A stretch of DNA of 18,081 bases from a bacterium (GTDB lineage Bacteria > Desulfobacterota > DSWW01): assembly GCA_040756235.1 (NCBI GenBank), contig JBFLZG010000011.1:1-18081 (forward strand), given 5' to 3'. Shown here piece by piece: positions 7,140-16,185 of this stretch. A program made the translations under genes and the position numbers. Each line of letters starts with the position of its first letter. The stretch's first letter is position 1. The notes under the pieces were generated by a model. It was not told the DNA's origin, made no database searches, and saw nothing but the letters and a program-made list of their open reading frames with translations.

Positions 7140-8552
7140 TTGGATATCGACCACACGCTGGAAACGAGCCTGCGAGGCCTGGCCAACTACCTCTTCATGA
7201 TTCGGGACGGCCGACACCAGGCCCTGCTCTTCAAATGGGGCTTCCGCCGGGACCTGCGCAAGAGTCCCGAGAAGCTCGCGCAAGACTCGTGGCGGCGCCT
7301 GAGCGCCATGCTCCGGTACGCCTACGAACGTTCTCCTCATTACCGCAGCCAGTGGGACGGCCTCGGGTTCCACCCTTCCGGACTGCGTTTCGGCGACTCC
7401 CTTGCCGGCCTCCCCCTGATCACGAAGGAGGTCCTGGAAGCGCACAAGGATCGGATGGTCTCCGGCGACCACCGGAAGGAAGACCTCGTCCTGAGCCACA
7501 CCGGAGGGAGCAGCGGGAACCCGACATCCTTCTTCATGGACCGGACGTGCCAGGCGGTGCGGGTCGGCCGACAGCTGGGCATCCTCGAGCTTTGCGGCCA
7601 GTCGGCCGGTGACCGCGTAGGCCTCGTCTGGGGGGCACATCAGGACCTGGAGGGCACCGAGGAGCAAGCTTCACCCTCGCTCGGCCGCCGCCTGCGAAAG
7701 TTCGCTTCCGGCAAGGAGACCTTCTGCTGCAACAGGATGGATGCGGAAGCCCTGAGCGCCTACTATCGCAGGCTCAGAAGTTTTCGGCCGACCGCCCTTT
7801 ACGGATATCCGAGAGCCATGGTGGAGCTCGCGGACTTCATCGAGGGGCGGGGCCTGAAACCGATCCGGGTCGAGTCGGTCATCTGCACGGCCGAGCGCCT
7901 GAGCGACGCTCACCGGCAACGGCTCCATGAGACGTTCGGCGGCGAGGTCTTCAATCTCTACTGCACGCGCGAGCACGGCTGCATCGGCTTCGAATGCCGC
8001 AGGCACCGCGGGTTCCACGTCGACACGGGCAGCGTGTTCCTGGAGACCGTGCCCGCCGCCGGCGCCGCTGCCGCTGCCGATCCCGCCGCGGCAGCGGCCG
8101 GCGAGATCGTGGTCACGGACCTGAGGAACCGCGGCATGCCGATGATCCGAAACCGCATCGGAGACCGCGGCCGCCTGTGCGCCGCGCGCTGCCCGTGCGG
8201 CTCCCCGATGCCGCTGCTGAGCGAGCTCGAGGGAAGGGTCTCGGACATGATCTACAGGCCCGACGGGGCGGTCGTGCCCGGGCTGCTGCTCGTCGACACG
8301 GCCATGGACGTGCCCGAGATCCGCTCTCTCCGGGTGGTGCAGGAGACCCTGAACGACGTGGACCTCCATCTCGTTCCGGCACCCGGGTTCAATGAAGAGG
8401 TCCAGCGGGCGGTCGTGGGAGGGCTGCGCCGCCTGCTCGGGGATGAGATCCGGATCCGGGTCGAGCTGGTCCCCGAGATCCCCAGGAGCACCGGATCGGG
8501 CAAGCTGCAGGAGGTCGTGAGCAAAGTGAAACCTCCCGCCACCCGAGAGTAG
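7140..8552 (+). CDS. Phenylacetate--CoA ligase family / CapK-like adenylate-forming enzyme
   Basis: LPLITKE, P-loop HTGGSSGNP, LYGYP, YCTREHG, EIVVTDL, MPMIRNRIGD, CPCG, EGRVSD and terminal GSGKLQ. Start uncertain: TTG at 7140 follows GGGGGA, while the ORF track uses GTG at 7110. Confidence 0.9.
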   Translation: MDIDHTLETSLRGLANYLFMIRDGRHQALLFKWGFRRDLRKSPEKLAQDSWRRLSAMLRYAYERSPHYRSQWDGLGFHPSGLRFGDSLAGLPLITKEVLEAHKDRMVSGDHRKEDLVLSHTGGSSGNPTSFFMDRTCQAVRVGRQLGILELCGQSAGDRVGLVWGAHQDLEGTEEQASPSLGRRLRKFASGKETFCCNRMDAEALSAYYRRLRSFRPTALYGYPRAMVELADFIEGRGLKPIRVESVICTAERLSDAHRQRLHETFGGEVFNLYCTREHGCIGFECRRHRGFHVDTGSVFLETVPAAGAAAAADPAAAAAGEIVVTDLRNRGMPMIRNRIGDRGRLCAARCPCGSPMPLLSELEGRVSDMIYRPDGAVVPGLLLVDTAMDVPEIRSLRVVQETLNDVDLHLVPAPGFNEEVQRAVVGGLRRLLGDEIRIRVELVPEIPRSTGSGKLQEVVSKVKPPATRE

Positions 8553-8558
8553 ATTGAG

Positions 8559-9269
8559 GTGTCCATGATCCCTTTGGAGGCAAAGATCCTTCGCACCGCA
8601 GACCGAACGCTCGCCATCGGCCGCAGGGACGGTTACGGCCCTGCCCTCTACTGCCTGTTCTACGACGCGGTCAACCGCGTCCTCCCTTTTTCGACGTACA
8701 AGGTCGTCAAGCTGCGGCTCCCCCGGCTGGACCGGGCCTACCTCGTCGGCCCCCCTCCTTATCGGTACGGCTTTCTGTGCGCGGAGGAGATCCGGCGCTT
8801 CGCGGCAGACCCGGAGAACGACATGTCCGAGACCTTCGTGGACGACGCCCTCGGACACGGGGAGGAGTGCTACGCCGTGACGGACGGAGACCGGCTGGCC
8901 GCCTACGGCTGGTACACCGAAGAGATCGCGCACGTCCGGAAGAACATCTATTTCACCTTCGACCGGTCCTACCGGTACATGCACAAGGGATTCACCCACC
9001 CCGCATACAGGGGCCGGCGGCTGCACGCGATCGGCATGGCCAAGGCCTGTGAAGAGTACACCCGCAGAGGCTACCAGGGATTCCTGAGCCTGGTGGAAGC
9101 GCACAACCTGAGCTCTCTTCGGTCCTGCTACAGGCTCGGGTACGAGCCGGTCGGGAACATCTATACCGGAGAGGTCCTCGGCCGCTATCGGAGTTACAGC
9201 GACAGGCCCTCCCGCAGGCACGCCTGCTTCTTCATCCCCTTGACAGACGGCTCCAGGCCCGTATCTTGA
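8559..9269 (+). CDS. GNAT family N-acetyltransferase
   Basis: Acetyl-CoA binding motif A (FTHPAYRGRRLH) and motif B (NLSSLRSCYRLGY). Begins 6 nt after the CapK-like stop. Confidence 0.85.
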   Translation: MSMIPLEAKILRTADRTLAIGRRDGYGPALYCLFYDAVNRVLPFSTYKVVKLRLPRLDRAYLVGPPPYRYGFLCAEEIRRFAADPENDMSETFVDDALGHGEECYAVTDGDRLAAYGWYTEEIAHVRKNIYFTFDRSYRYMHKGFTHPAYRGRRLHAIGMAKACEEYTRRGYQGFLSLVEAHNLSSLRSCYRLGYEPVGNIYTGEVLGRYRSYSDRPSRRHACFFIPLTDGSRPVS

Positions 9270-9342
9270 AGGGGCTCAACTCGGTGCTCGGCGGCCGGCG
9301 CACGAGCTGCGCGCGGGCTGTCAGCCGGGAGGACCCGCTTCC

Positions 9343-10491
9343 ATGGCCTTTCCCATCACGATCGCAGCGGTCGGCGACGTCGCCTTCGCGGGCCCGCGTG
9401 CCGATCGGCCGTCGCCGGAACTCTTTCGTGCGGTCCTGCCCTGTCTCACCGGTGCGGACCTGGCCGTGGCCAATCTCGAGAGTCCTCTGCTGGAGAACGG
9501 AAAGCCGATCCCGGGAAAGTGCACGCTCCGGGGGAGCCCGGGCTGGGCCGCGGTCCTCCGCGAGGCGGGGATACGGCTGGTCACCCTGGCCAACAACCAC
9601 GTGATGGATTACGGTGAGGAGGGCCTTTCCGCCACGCTTGCCGCGCTCGCGGCGGCGGGCGTGCGGCACGTCGGTGCGGGCAAAAACCGGGTGGAGGCTT
9701 GCGCCCCGGTCTTCCTGGAAGTCGGAAGCGCGCGCCTCGCCGTTCTCGCCAGGACCTCGGTCATCGTCTCCTCCCCGAGCCATGCCACCGAAGCGCGCGG
9801 GGGCGTCGCCTTTCTGCACGAGGGGGAAACCCTGGAGCAAGTCCGGAGGTGCAGGACCGGAGCCGATGCGGTCGCCGTCCTCCTGCACTGGGGAATCGAG
9901 GAGTATCAGTACCCGTCGGTCGTCCAGCGTCGCCTTGCGGCGAAGCTGATCGCCGCCGGAGCCGACCTGGTGATCGGGCACCACCCCCACGTCCTGCAGG
10001 GAGTCGAACCCCTGCATGGCGCGCTGGTCGCTTACAGCCTGGGCAACTTCGTGTTTGATGATTTCGAGTGGACTCTGCCGCGAGCCGGGGGCGGCGAACG
10101 CAGGATGGTCTCGCGGCTGGCGCCCGAGAACCGGCTCTCCATGGTGCTCCGGATCGTCCTGGAAGGGCCTGCGGCGCGCACCGTCCGGTGCGTGCCGGTC
10201 TTCACGCGCATCGACGAGACCGGGGCCGTGGCCCTGGACGAGTCGGCGAGCCGCGCGGCCCTGTTCGAGGACCGGCTCTGCAAGCGCCTGGGACATCCGC
10301 TCTATGCTCCATGGTGGCGGGCCTATGCGCTGCGCAGAGAGTGGAAGCTGCGCGTCGGAGAGCGCCTGTCGCCCGGCCGCCTCGCGCGCAGGATCCGGAA
10401 GCTCCGGCCGCGGCACGCCCGGGAGCTGTGGCACACGCTTGTGCGTTCGATCAGGATCGTCTCGGGTAAGTCGACCAATCCGTACGAGTGA
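9343..10491 (+). CDS. CapA/PgsA family metallophosphoesterase
   Basis: AVGDV, ANLESP, LANNHVMDYG, LHWGIEE, IGHHPHVLQ and YSLGNFVFD form the full CapA motif set. RBS GGAGG upstream. Confidence 0.93.
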   Translation: MAFPITIAAVGDVAFAGPRADRPSPELFRAVLPCLTGADLAVANLESPLLENGKPIPGKCTLRGSPGWAAVLREAGIRLVTLANNHVMDYGEEGLSATLAALAAAGVRHVGAGKNRVEACAPVFLEVGSARLAVLARTSVIVSSPSHATEARGGVAFLHEGETLEQVRRCRTGADAVAVLLHWGIEEYQYPSVVQRRLAAKLIAAGADLVIGHHPHVLQGVEPLHGALVAYSLGNFVFDDFEWTLPRAGGGERRMVSRLAPENRLSMVLRIVLEGPAARTVRCVPVFTRIDETGAVALDESASRAALFEDRLCKRLGHPLYAPWWRAYALRREWKLRVGERLSPGRLARRIRKLRPRHARELWHTLVRSIRIVSGKSTNPYE

Positions 10492-10494
10492 CCC

Positions 10495-10612
10495 CCCGAA
10501 GCTCGCGAGCGAGCGGTGAGCACCCGAATGCCGAGCCGGCCAAGGAAATGCGAGCGTGGCGATCCCCCGGCCACCCGGGGGTTGCCACGGACCTTCGGTC
10601 CTCGCAATGTCC
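10495..10612. repeat. Composite family A element
   Basis: CCCGAAGCTCGCGAGCGAGC ... GCGAGCGTGGCGATCCCCCGG ... CCGGGGGTTGCCACGGACCTTCGGTCCTCGCAATGTCC, starting just after the CapA stop. Confidence 0.85.
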
Positions 10613-10733
10613 CACGAATACATCCAGTCGCCGCGCCGCCTCTGGACAAAGCGGCGCGAAGAATCTCTCAGCAATACGGGTCACCGGGGACGATCAGGCG
10701 CTCGAGCACGCACACACAGGAGATCGACGCAGC

Positions 10734-12179
10734 ATGGTGAAGACGCTCTTCCGCAGAAAGTTCCTGGAGCACATCGTCGAGGAGATCGACATCGAGAGCC
10801 ACCGGCTGCAGCGCACGTTGAACGCCCTGGACCTCACCGTGCTCGGCGTGGGAGCCATCATCGGGGTCGGGATCTTCGTCCTGACCGGGGCGGCGGCCGC
10901 CCGCTTTGCCGGCCCGGGCGTGGTCCTTTCGTTCGCCATCGCCGGGACCGCCTGCGCCTTTGCCGCGCTCTGCTATGCCGAGCTCGCCTCTTCCATTCCG
11001 GTGGCGGGCAGCGCCTACAACTACGCCTATGCGAGCATGGGCGAGATCGTGGCCTGGATCATCGGCTGGGACTTGATCCTGGAGTACGTGGTCGCCTGCA
11101 TCGCGGTCGCCATCGGATGGTCCGGTTACTTCGTGAGCATCCTGAAGGTGGTCGGCATTTCCATTCCGGTCTGGTGCTCGGCCGCCCCGGGGACCGTGCC
11201 CGGCGCGGTGATCAACCTTCCGGCCGTGATGGTCGTGCTGCTGCTCACCGTGCTGCTGGTCATCGGGATCAAGGAGAGCGCCCGCTTCACGAGCCTCATG
11301 GTCGTGATCAAGCTGAGCACGGTGGCGGCCTTCATGGCGGTGGGGTTTTCCCACGTCTCGCCCGCCAACTGGATCCCCTTCATGCCTTTCGGCTTCAGCG
11401 GCGTGCTGAGCGGCGCCGCCATCGTCTTTTTTGCCTACATCGGGTTCGACGCGATCTCGACGGCCGCAGAAGAGACGAAGAACCCACAGCGGAACATGCC
11501 GATCGGCATCATCCTGTCCCTGGCCATCTGCACGGTCCTGTACCTGGCCGTGTCGGCCATCCTCACCGGGATGGTCTCCTACAAGGAGCTCGACCATCCG
11601 GCGCCGGTCGCCCATGCGCTGACGCTGGCGGGGTTCCGGTGGGGTTCGGCGCTGGTCGCGGCCGGGGCCGTGGCCGGCATCACCAGCGTCCTGCTCGTGA
11701 TGCTGATCGGCCAGCCGCGGATCTTCTTCTCCATGGCGCGGGACGGGCTCCTGTGGCCCTGGGTCTCCAAGGTGCACCCGCGCTTCCGGACGCCCTACGT
11801 GTCGCAGATCCTGACCGGATGTACGGTGGCGGCCTTTGCCGGCTTCATCAATATCGGCACGGCTGCCGAGCTGTGCAACATCGGGACCCTGTTCGCCTTC
11901 ACGATCGTGTGCGGCGGGGTGGTCATCCTGCGGCGGACCCGTCCCGACCTGCCGCGGTCCTTCCGCTGCCCCCTGGTCCCGTGGATCCCTCTGCTCGGCA
12001 TGGGCTTCTGCATGACGCTCATGCTCTCGCTGCCGAAGCTCACCTGGGTCCGGTTCGTGGTCTGGCTGCTCACCGGCTTCGGCATCTACTTCCTGTACGG
12101 GATCCAGCACAGCCGCATGGCAGGCGGGGCGGCCCGAACTGCGGTCAGCCGGGATCCGGGCCAGGCTCCCCCGTCCTGA
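10734..12179 (+). CDS. APC superfamily amino acid permease (cationic amino acid transporter-like)
   Basis: LGVGAIIGVGIFVLTG, CYAELASSIPVAGSAY, FFAYIGFDAIST, EETKNPQRNMPIGI and many TM segments. Start trimmed to ATG 10734 after AGGAG; the ORF-track extension crosses repeat DNA. Confidence 0.95.
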   Translation: MVKTLFRRKFLEHIVEEIDIESHRLQRTLNALDLTVLGVGAIIGVGIFVLTGAAAARFAGPGVVLSFAIAGTACAFAALCYAELASSIPVAGSAYNYAYASMGEIVAWIIGWDLILEYVVACIAVAIGWSGYFVSILKVVGISIPVWCSAAPGTVPGAVINLPAVMVVLLLTVLLVIGIKESARFTSLMVVIKLSTVAAFMAVGFSHVSPANWIPFMPFGFSGVLSGAAIVFFAYIGFDAISTAAEETKNPQRNMPIGIILSLAICTVLYLAVSAILTGMVSYKELDHPAPVAHALTLAGFRWGSALVAAGAVAGITSVLLVMLIGQPRIFFSMARDGLLWPWVSKVHPRFRTPYVSQILTGCTVAAFAGFINIGTAAELCNIGTLFAFTIVCGGVVILRRTRPDLPRSFRCPLVPWIPLLGMGFCMTLMLSLPKLTWVRFVVWLLTGFGIYFLYGIQHSRMAGGAARTAVSRDPGQAPPS

Positions 12180-12199
12180 GGGTTCCGCAAGACCCTCTT
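12178..12199 (+). terminator. Possible weak terminator hairpin after the permease
   Basis: GAGGGT...ACCCTC stem followed by only TT, after which the MITE-like element begins. Confidence 0.3.
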
Positions 12200-12364
12200 G
12201 AGAGGCTGTTGAGAAATGGCCAGATGCAAGGCAGGCGAAGTCCTGAGGAACGAGGCGTACAGAAGAATGGCAGCGGGACCCCGGCCTTCGCCGGGGCAGG
12301 CTCCCCCTACCTCCATGCCATCATGAGCGCAACGCCGCAGATGGCCGTTTATCGACAGCCTCTC
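12200..12364. mobile_element. MITE-like element, about 165 bp, with imperfect 28-bp terminal inverted repeats
   Basis: Left end GAGAGGCTGTTGAGAAATGGCCAGATGC versus reverse-complemented right end GAGAGGCTGTCGATAAACGGCCATCTGC (23/28). Internal hairpin CCCCGGCCTTCGCCGGGG. It sits between convergent genes and has no supportable CDS of its own. Confidence 0.7.
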
Positions 12365-15138
12365 CTGACCGGGCGATAGGCCAGCAGCGGCAGGATCGTC
12401 AGGGAAGCCACGAGCACGCTGCCCACCGAGAGCGTGAGCAGCAGCCCGATGCTGAAGATCCCGTAATACTTGGCCACCATCAGGCTGCCGAAGCCCACGA
12501 TCGTCGTCAGGTTGAAGAGCGCCACCGACTGGCCCGTCCCGCTCGCCGCCAGCCGGGCGCCGCCTTCCCCCTCCTCCCGGAAGCGGTGCACCATATGGAT
12601 CCCGTTCTCCAGGCCGATGCCGATGATCAGGGGGACCACGATCAGGTTGGCCAGGTTGAACTGCAGCCCGAACAGCCGCATGGCGCCCAGGGTCCAGGCC
12701 ATGCCCAGCCCGAGCGGGACGAAGGCCAGCAGGGTGTCCCCCACGCGCCGCAAGGTCAGGAAGGTGACGATCAGCACGGCCACGAACGCGTAGATCCCGG
12801 CTTCCGCGTATCCGTCTTTCATGGCGCGGATGGTCTCGAGGCCGATGATCGGCGAGCCGACCACGTCCGGATCCACCTGGCGCAGCTCGCCGACGAACTC
12901 CTCCATCGGCTCCCGGTCCCAGATGCTCTTCCTGGGATAGATCTGGAGCAGAAACTTGCTGCCGTCGCGGCTGATCCAGCGCTCCTTGAGTTGCTCCGGG
13001 ACGTCCGCCAGCGTGATCGGCCCCTGCGGGTCCAGGTTGTTCCTGAGCAGGGCCCACTTGTCCTCGAAATCCGCAAACAGTGACGCCTGAAAGGAGGCCA
13101 GCGCCTTCCCGGCTTCTTCCTCCGGCATGGCCTTTAGCCGGTCGACGACCTCGCCGAGCCTCGTGCGCGCCAGCTCGAGCTCGGTCTCCGGCGGCTTCTT
13201 CTTGGGGTCCCACTGCTCGTTCCCGGAGCGGATCTTGAACCTGAGCTTCCCCAGCGTGGTCTTCAGGCTCCCGACATCCGCGCTCGTGACCGACCCGATC
13301 TCCTGCGGGAAATCCTGCAGGAGGGGCTTCAGGGACCGGACCAGCTCGATGCGCCTTTCCTGCTCCTTGGGAATCATCATGGCGATGCTTTCCACGTCCT
13401 CCACCGAGGGCCGGGCTTCGAAGGCGGCCGCTTTGCGCGTCGTTTCGTCCAGGCTCGCGGCCGCGGCCAGGGCCCTCCAGGAAGAGCGCTCCGAATCCTT
13501 GAGGATGCGTTTCTCCCACTTCACGGACTCGACGCCCCGCGCCTGCAGGTTGAGCAGGTTGTAATCGAAGGCGATCTTCGGCGCCGCCCAGAGCGACGCC
13601 GCGGTCGCGAGCAGCGCCGCGGCCAGGATCGGCCAGCGCGCCCGGACGATGAGATCGCCGAAGCGGCCGAACGCCGCGGCCACCAGCGTCGGCCCATCTC
13701 CCCCCTTGTCCTCTCTTGCGGGCTTCCAGGGCCACCACCCCTCGACCCAGACCAGCAGGGCCGGCAGACAGGTCACGGTCGTGATGAAGTAGAGAATCAG
13801 CCCTGCGCCGCTGATCCAGCCCAGCTCCTGGACGCCCCGGAAATCGGTGAGCATCACGGCGAAGAACGCGATCGAGGTCGTGAACGCGCCGGCCACGATG
13901 CCCGGCACGGTGTGCTCGAAAACCAGGCGCAGCGACTCTCGCACGGTCCTGCCGCCGGCCCGCTCCTCCTGGAAGCGCGCGACGAAATGCACGGCAAAGT
14001 CGTCCGCCAGCCCGAGCAGCATCGGCGCCACGAATACGGTCATGATCGTCAGGTGCCCGACCGTGAGGGCGGCGAACCCCATGGTCCAGGCCAGGCCGAG
14101 CAGCAGGGCGAAGGCGATGACCAGCGGCTGGCGCAGGTTCCTGAAGAACAGCAGATAAAGGAGTGTGACGCCCACGAAAGACACGACCGTGGCGACGTTG
14201 GTGTCGCTCTCGGCGCTCAGCATCTCGTCGTTGTTGAGCGCCTTCTGGCCCGTCACACCCGCTGTGAGCCCGGGAAACTGCGGCATCCGGGCGGCGACCG
14301 CTCCGCGCACCGCAGCGATCGAGTCCCGGCGCGAGGTGAAGCCGCTCTCGCCCGATTCCTGAGGCTCGACCATGAGGAAGAGGAGCTGGCGGTTCTCGGA
14401 GATCAGGTAGCCCTCGTCCGAGAACTTCTCGTCCCCGCCGAAAAAGTCGGCCCAGGGGGATCGGTACCCGTAGTCCGGGCTGGCGAGGGCACGGCTCATC
14501 TCGAGCAGCAGCGAGTTGAGGAATTCCATCCGGATGGGCTTCTTCTCCTCTCCCTCATCCGCGTCGTCGCCGAGCAGGCCGCTGACGATGTAGGACACCA
14601 TGCCGGAGCTCACCTGCCGGTTGATGGCGTCGAACATCGTATTGAGCCCCGGGGACTCGACGAGCTCCCGGACCAGGTCGCTGTTGTCCTCCAGATTGTC
14701 GTTGAGCGTTTCGATGTCCTCAGGGGAGAGGTACAGGAGCTTCTTTCCCTCCAGCGAAGAGGTGTCGATCCGGTAGAAGACTTCCTGCACGTGCGCCGTA
14801 TCCTGCTTCAGGGTCTCTCCCAGCTCGGAGACGAACCGCTTTCCCTGCTCCACGTCGCGCGGCTCGACCGCCACGATCAGCGGATCGAGGTTCCTGAACT
14901 CGTTGGAGTACTGCTCGTCGAGCTGGACATAGCGCTTCTCGCTCGAGATCATCTCCATGCGGCCGGTCAGGAGCTCCATGTGACGGAGAGTATAGATGGT
15001 GGCCAGTGCGGTCACGGCCAGGAAGAGCGCAAGGATGGTCTTGGGCCATGCGGTCGTCAGATGAAAGACGGAGTCGAGGGTCTTCTTCCCCCGGACTTCC
15101 AGGAACTGTTCCACTCGCTTTTGCATCGGTTGTGCCAT
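12349..15138 (-). CDS. MMPL/RND family lipid transporter, HpnN-like
   Basis: 929 aa with two repeats of [TM, large periplasmic domain, TM bundle]. TM motifs LGLADDFAVHF and IGIGLENGIH, plus LLYLS, FDYNLLNLQ and IYPRKSIW segments that I recall from HpnN-type proteins. Confidence 0.88.
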   Translation of the reverse strand: MAQPMQKRVEQFLEVRGKKTLDSVFHLTTAWPKTILALFLAVTALATIYTLRHMELLTGRMEMISSEKRYVQLDEQYSNEFRNLDPLIVAVEPRDVEQGKRFVSELGETLKQDTAHVQEVFYRIDTSSLEGKKLLYLSPEDIETLNDNLEDNSDLVRELVESPGLNTMFDAINRQVSSGMVSYIVSGLLGDDADEGEEKKPIRMEFLNSLLLEMSRALASPDYGYRSPWADFFGGDEKFSDEGYLISENRQLLFLMVEPQESGESGFTSRRDSIAAVRGAVAARMPQFPGLTAGVTGQKALNNDEMLSAESDTNVATVVSFVGVTLLYLLFFRNLRQPLVIAFALLLGLAWTMGFAALTVGHLTIMTVFVAPMLLGLADDFAVHFVARFQEERAGGRTVRESLRLVFEHTVPGIVAGAFTTSIAFFAVMLTDFRGVQELGWISGAGLILYFITTVTCLPALLVWVEGWWPWKPAREDKGGDGPTLVAAAFGRFGDLIVRARWPILAAALLATAASLWAAPKIAFDYNLLNLQARGVESVKWEKRILKDSERSSWRALAAAASLDETTRKAAAFEARPSVEDVESIAMMIPKEQERRIELVRSLKPLLQDFPQEIGSVTSADVGSLKTTLGKLRFKIRSGNEQWDPKKKPPETELELARTRLGEVVDRLKAMPEEEAGKALASFQASLFADFEDKWALLRNNLDPQGPITLADVPEQLKERWISRDGSKFLLQIYPRKSIWDREPMEEFVGELRQVDPDVVGSPIIGLETIRAMKDGYAEAGIYAFVAVLIVTFLTLRRVGDTLLAFVPLGLGMAWTLGAMRLFGLQFNLANLIVVPLIIGIGLENGIHMVHRFREEGEGGARLAASGTGQSVALFNLTTIVGFGSLMVAKYYGIFSIGLLLTLSVGSVLVASLTILPLLAYRPVRRGCR

Positions 15139-15207
15139 TGTTCGTTCCGCAACCTCGCGTCTCTCGGGAGCTCAGGAGATCAGGACACAGGAGAAGAAGA
15201 CCGCGCC

Positions 15208-15239
15208 AGAGGCTGTTGAAAACGCCCGCCTGCTGCGTT
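15208..15239. repeat. Solo end of the AGGCTGTTGA MITE-like family
   Basis: AGAGGCTGTTGAAAACGCCCGCCTGCTGCGTT aligns with the reverse-complemented right end of 12200-12364 (AGAGGCTGTCGATAAACGGCCATCTGCGGCGTT). Confidence 0.6.
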
Positions 15240-15253
15240 CGGCGGCCCTCTCT

Positions 15254-16144
15254 TCACTTCCACCTTTCGGCCTTTGCCGGGGCCTGCCGCCGCATCTCCA
15301 TGGCGTACAGGCCTTCGATCATGTCCGGCCGCCGGTCCTCGAGCGTTGTCGCCGCGCCCTGCCGCCGCACCTCGTAGAGCCTCTCCGTGTCGAGCTCGGC
15401 GGTAACGATCGTTTCCACGTTCGGAGGGGACTCGACCGCAATCCCTTTGAGCGGGAAGCCCAGGTCGCAAGGAGTCAGGATGGAGGACATGCCCCAGAAA
15501 GGCAATCCGGCCACCTCGCCAAGCAGGCTGCAGTGGGCAACGTAGACCTGATCCTCGACCGAGCGCGCGTGGCCGCAGTGCCTGACGCGCCAGTACCCCT
15601 GCTCGTCCAGAGTGGCGGAAGGGGAAAAGAGGATCTCGGCTCCCATCAGCGTCACCAGGCGGGACGCCTCGGGGAATTCCAGATCGTAGCAGATGAGGAT
15701 GCTGACTCTGGCCTTTCCGGTCTCGAACACCTCGAGCCGATCGCCCGGGCTGGTCCAGGCGGTCTCGACCGGAAAGAGGTGGCATTTCCGCTGCTCCATG
15801 ACCTGTCCGTCCGGGCTGAACAGGTAACCCGTGTTGTACAGCTTCCCCCCGGCCTCCTTGAGATGGGAGCCCGCCACGACGTGGAAGCCGTGCTTGGAGG
15901 CAAGGCCCCGGAAGAGGCTCACGTAGTCGGCGGTGTGGCGCGCGAGCCCCGTGAATTTTCGCACGAGGTCGGGCTCCTCGGAAAAATTCAGCAGCTCGGC
16001 CGTGAAGAGCTCGGGGAACACGAGGAAGTCCGGTTGTTCGGCGGCTGCCTGGCTCACGAGACGGGCACAATGGTCGGCAAAATCGTCGAAGCTCCTCGCC
16101 GGACCTGCCCGGAACGCTGCTGCCGAGATCCGTACGGTCGCCAT
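15254..16144 (-). CDS. Carbon-nitrogen hydrolase (nitrilase superfamily)
   Basis: Catalytic triad E (FPELF), K (QRKCHL), C (ICYDLEFPE). Start trimmed to ATG 16144 after a GAGGAG RBS; 296 aa. Confidence 0.93.
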   Translation of the reverse strand: MATVRISAAAFRAGPARSFDDFADHCARLVSQAAAEQPDFLVFPELFTAELLNFSEEPDLVRKFTGLARHTADYVSLFRGLASKHGFHVVAGSHLKEAGGKLYNTGYLFSPDGQVMEQRKCHLFPVETAWTSPGDRLEVFETGKARVSILICYDLEFPEASRLVTLMGAEILFSPSATLDEQGYWRVRHCGHARSVEDQVYVAHCSLLGEVAGLPFWGMSSILTPCDLGFPLKGIAVESPPNVETIVTAELDTERLYEVRRQGAATTLEDRRPDMIEGLYAMEMRRQAPAKAERWK

Positions 16145-16185
16145 GGCCGATCTCCTCGGAATCCGGGTTATTATGGAAAGAGAAG

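Noticed and set aside
10428..10444. Sigma-54-like TGGCAC-ACGC-TTGT upstream of the permease
   Set aside because: The -12 element is GT rather than the required GC, and it lies inside the CapA coding sequence.
9343..10491. Poly-gamma-glutamate capsule biosynthesis locus
   Set aside because: Only a CapA-family gene is present; capB and capC are absent from the window.
10632..10658. CGCGCCGC/GCGGCGCG hairpin as a terminator after CapA
   Set aside because: No U-tract follows on either strand.
7671..10674. Minus-strand ORFs of 516 aa and 480 aa
   Set aside because: Antisense to the CapK-like, GNAT and CapA genes, which carry complete motif sets.
10556..13738. Arg/Gly-rich ORFs 10556..12379, 10668..12110 and 12086..13738
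   Set aside because: Alternative-frame or antisense shadows of the permease and MMPL genes.
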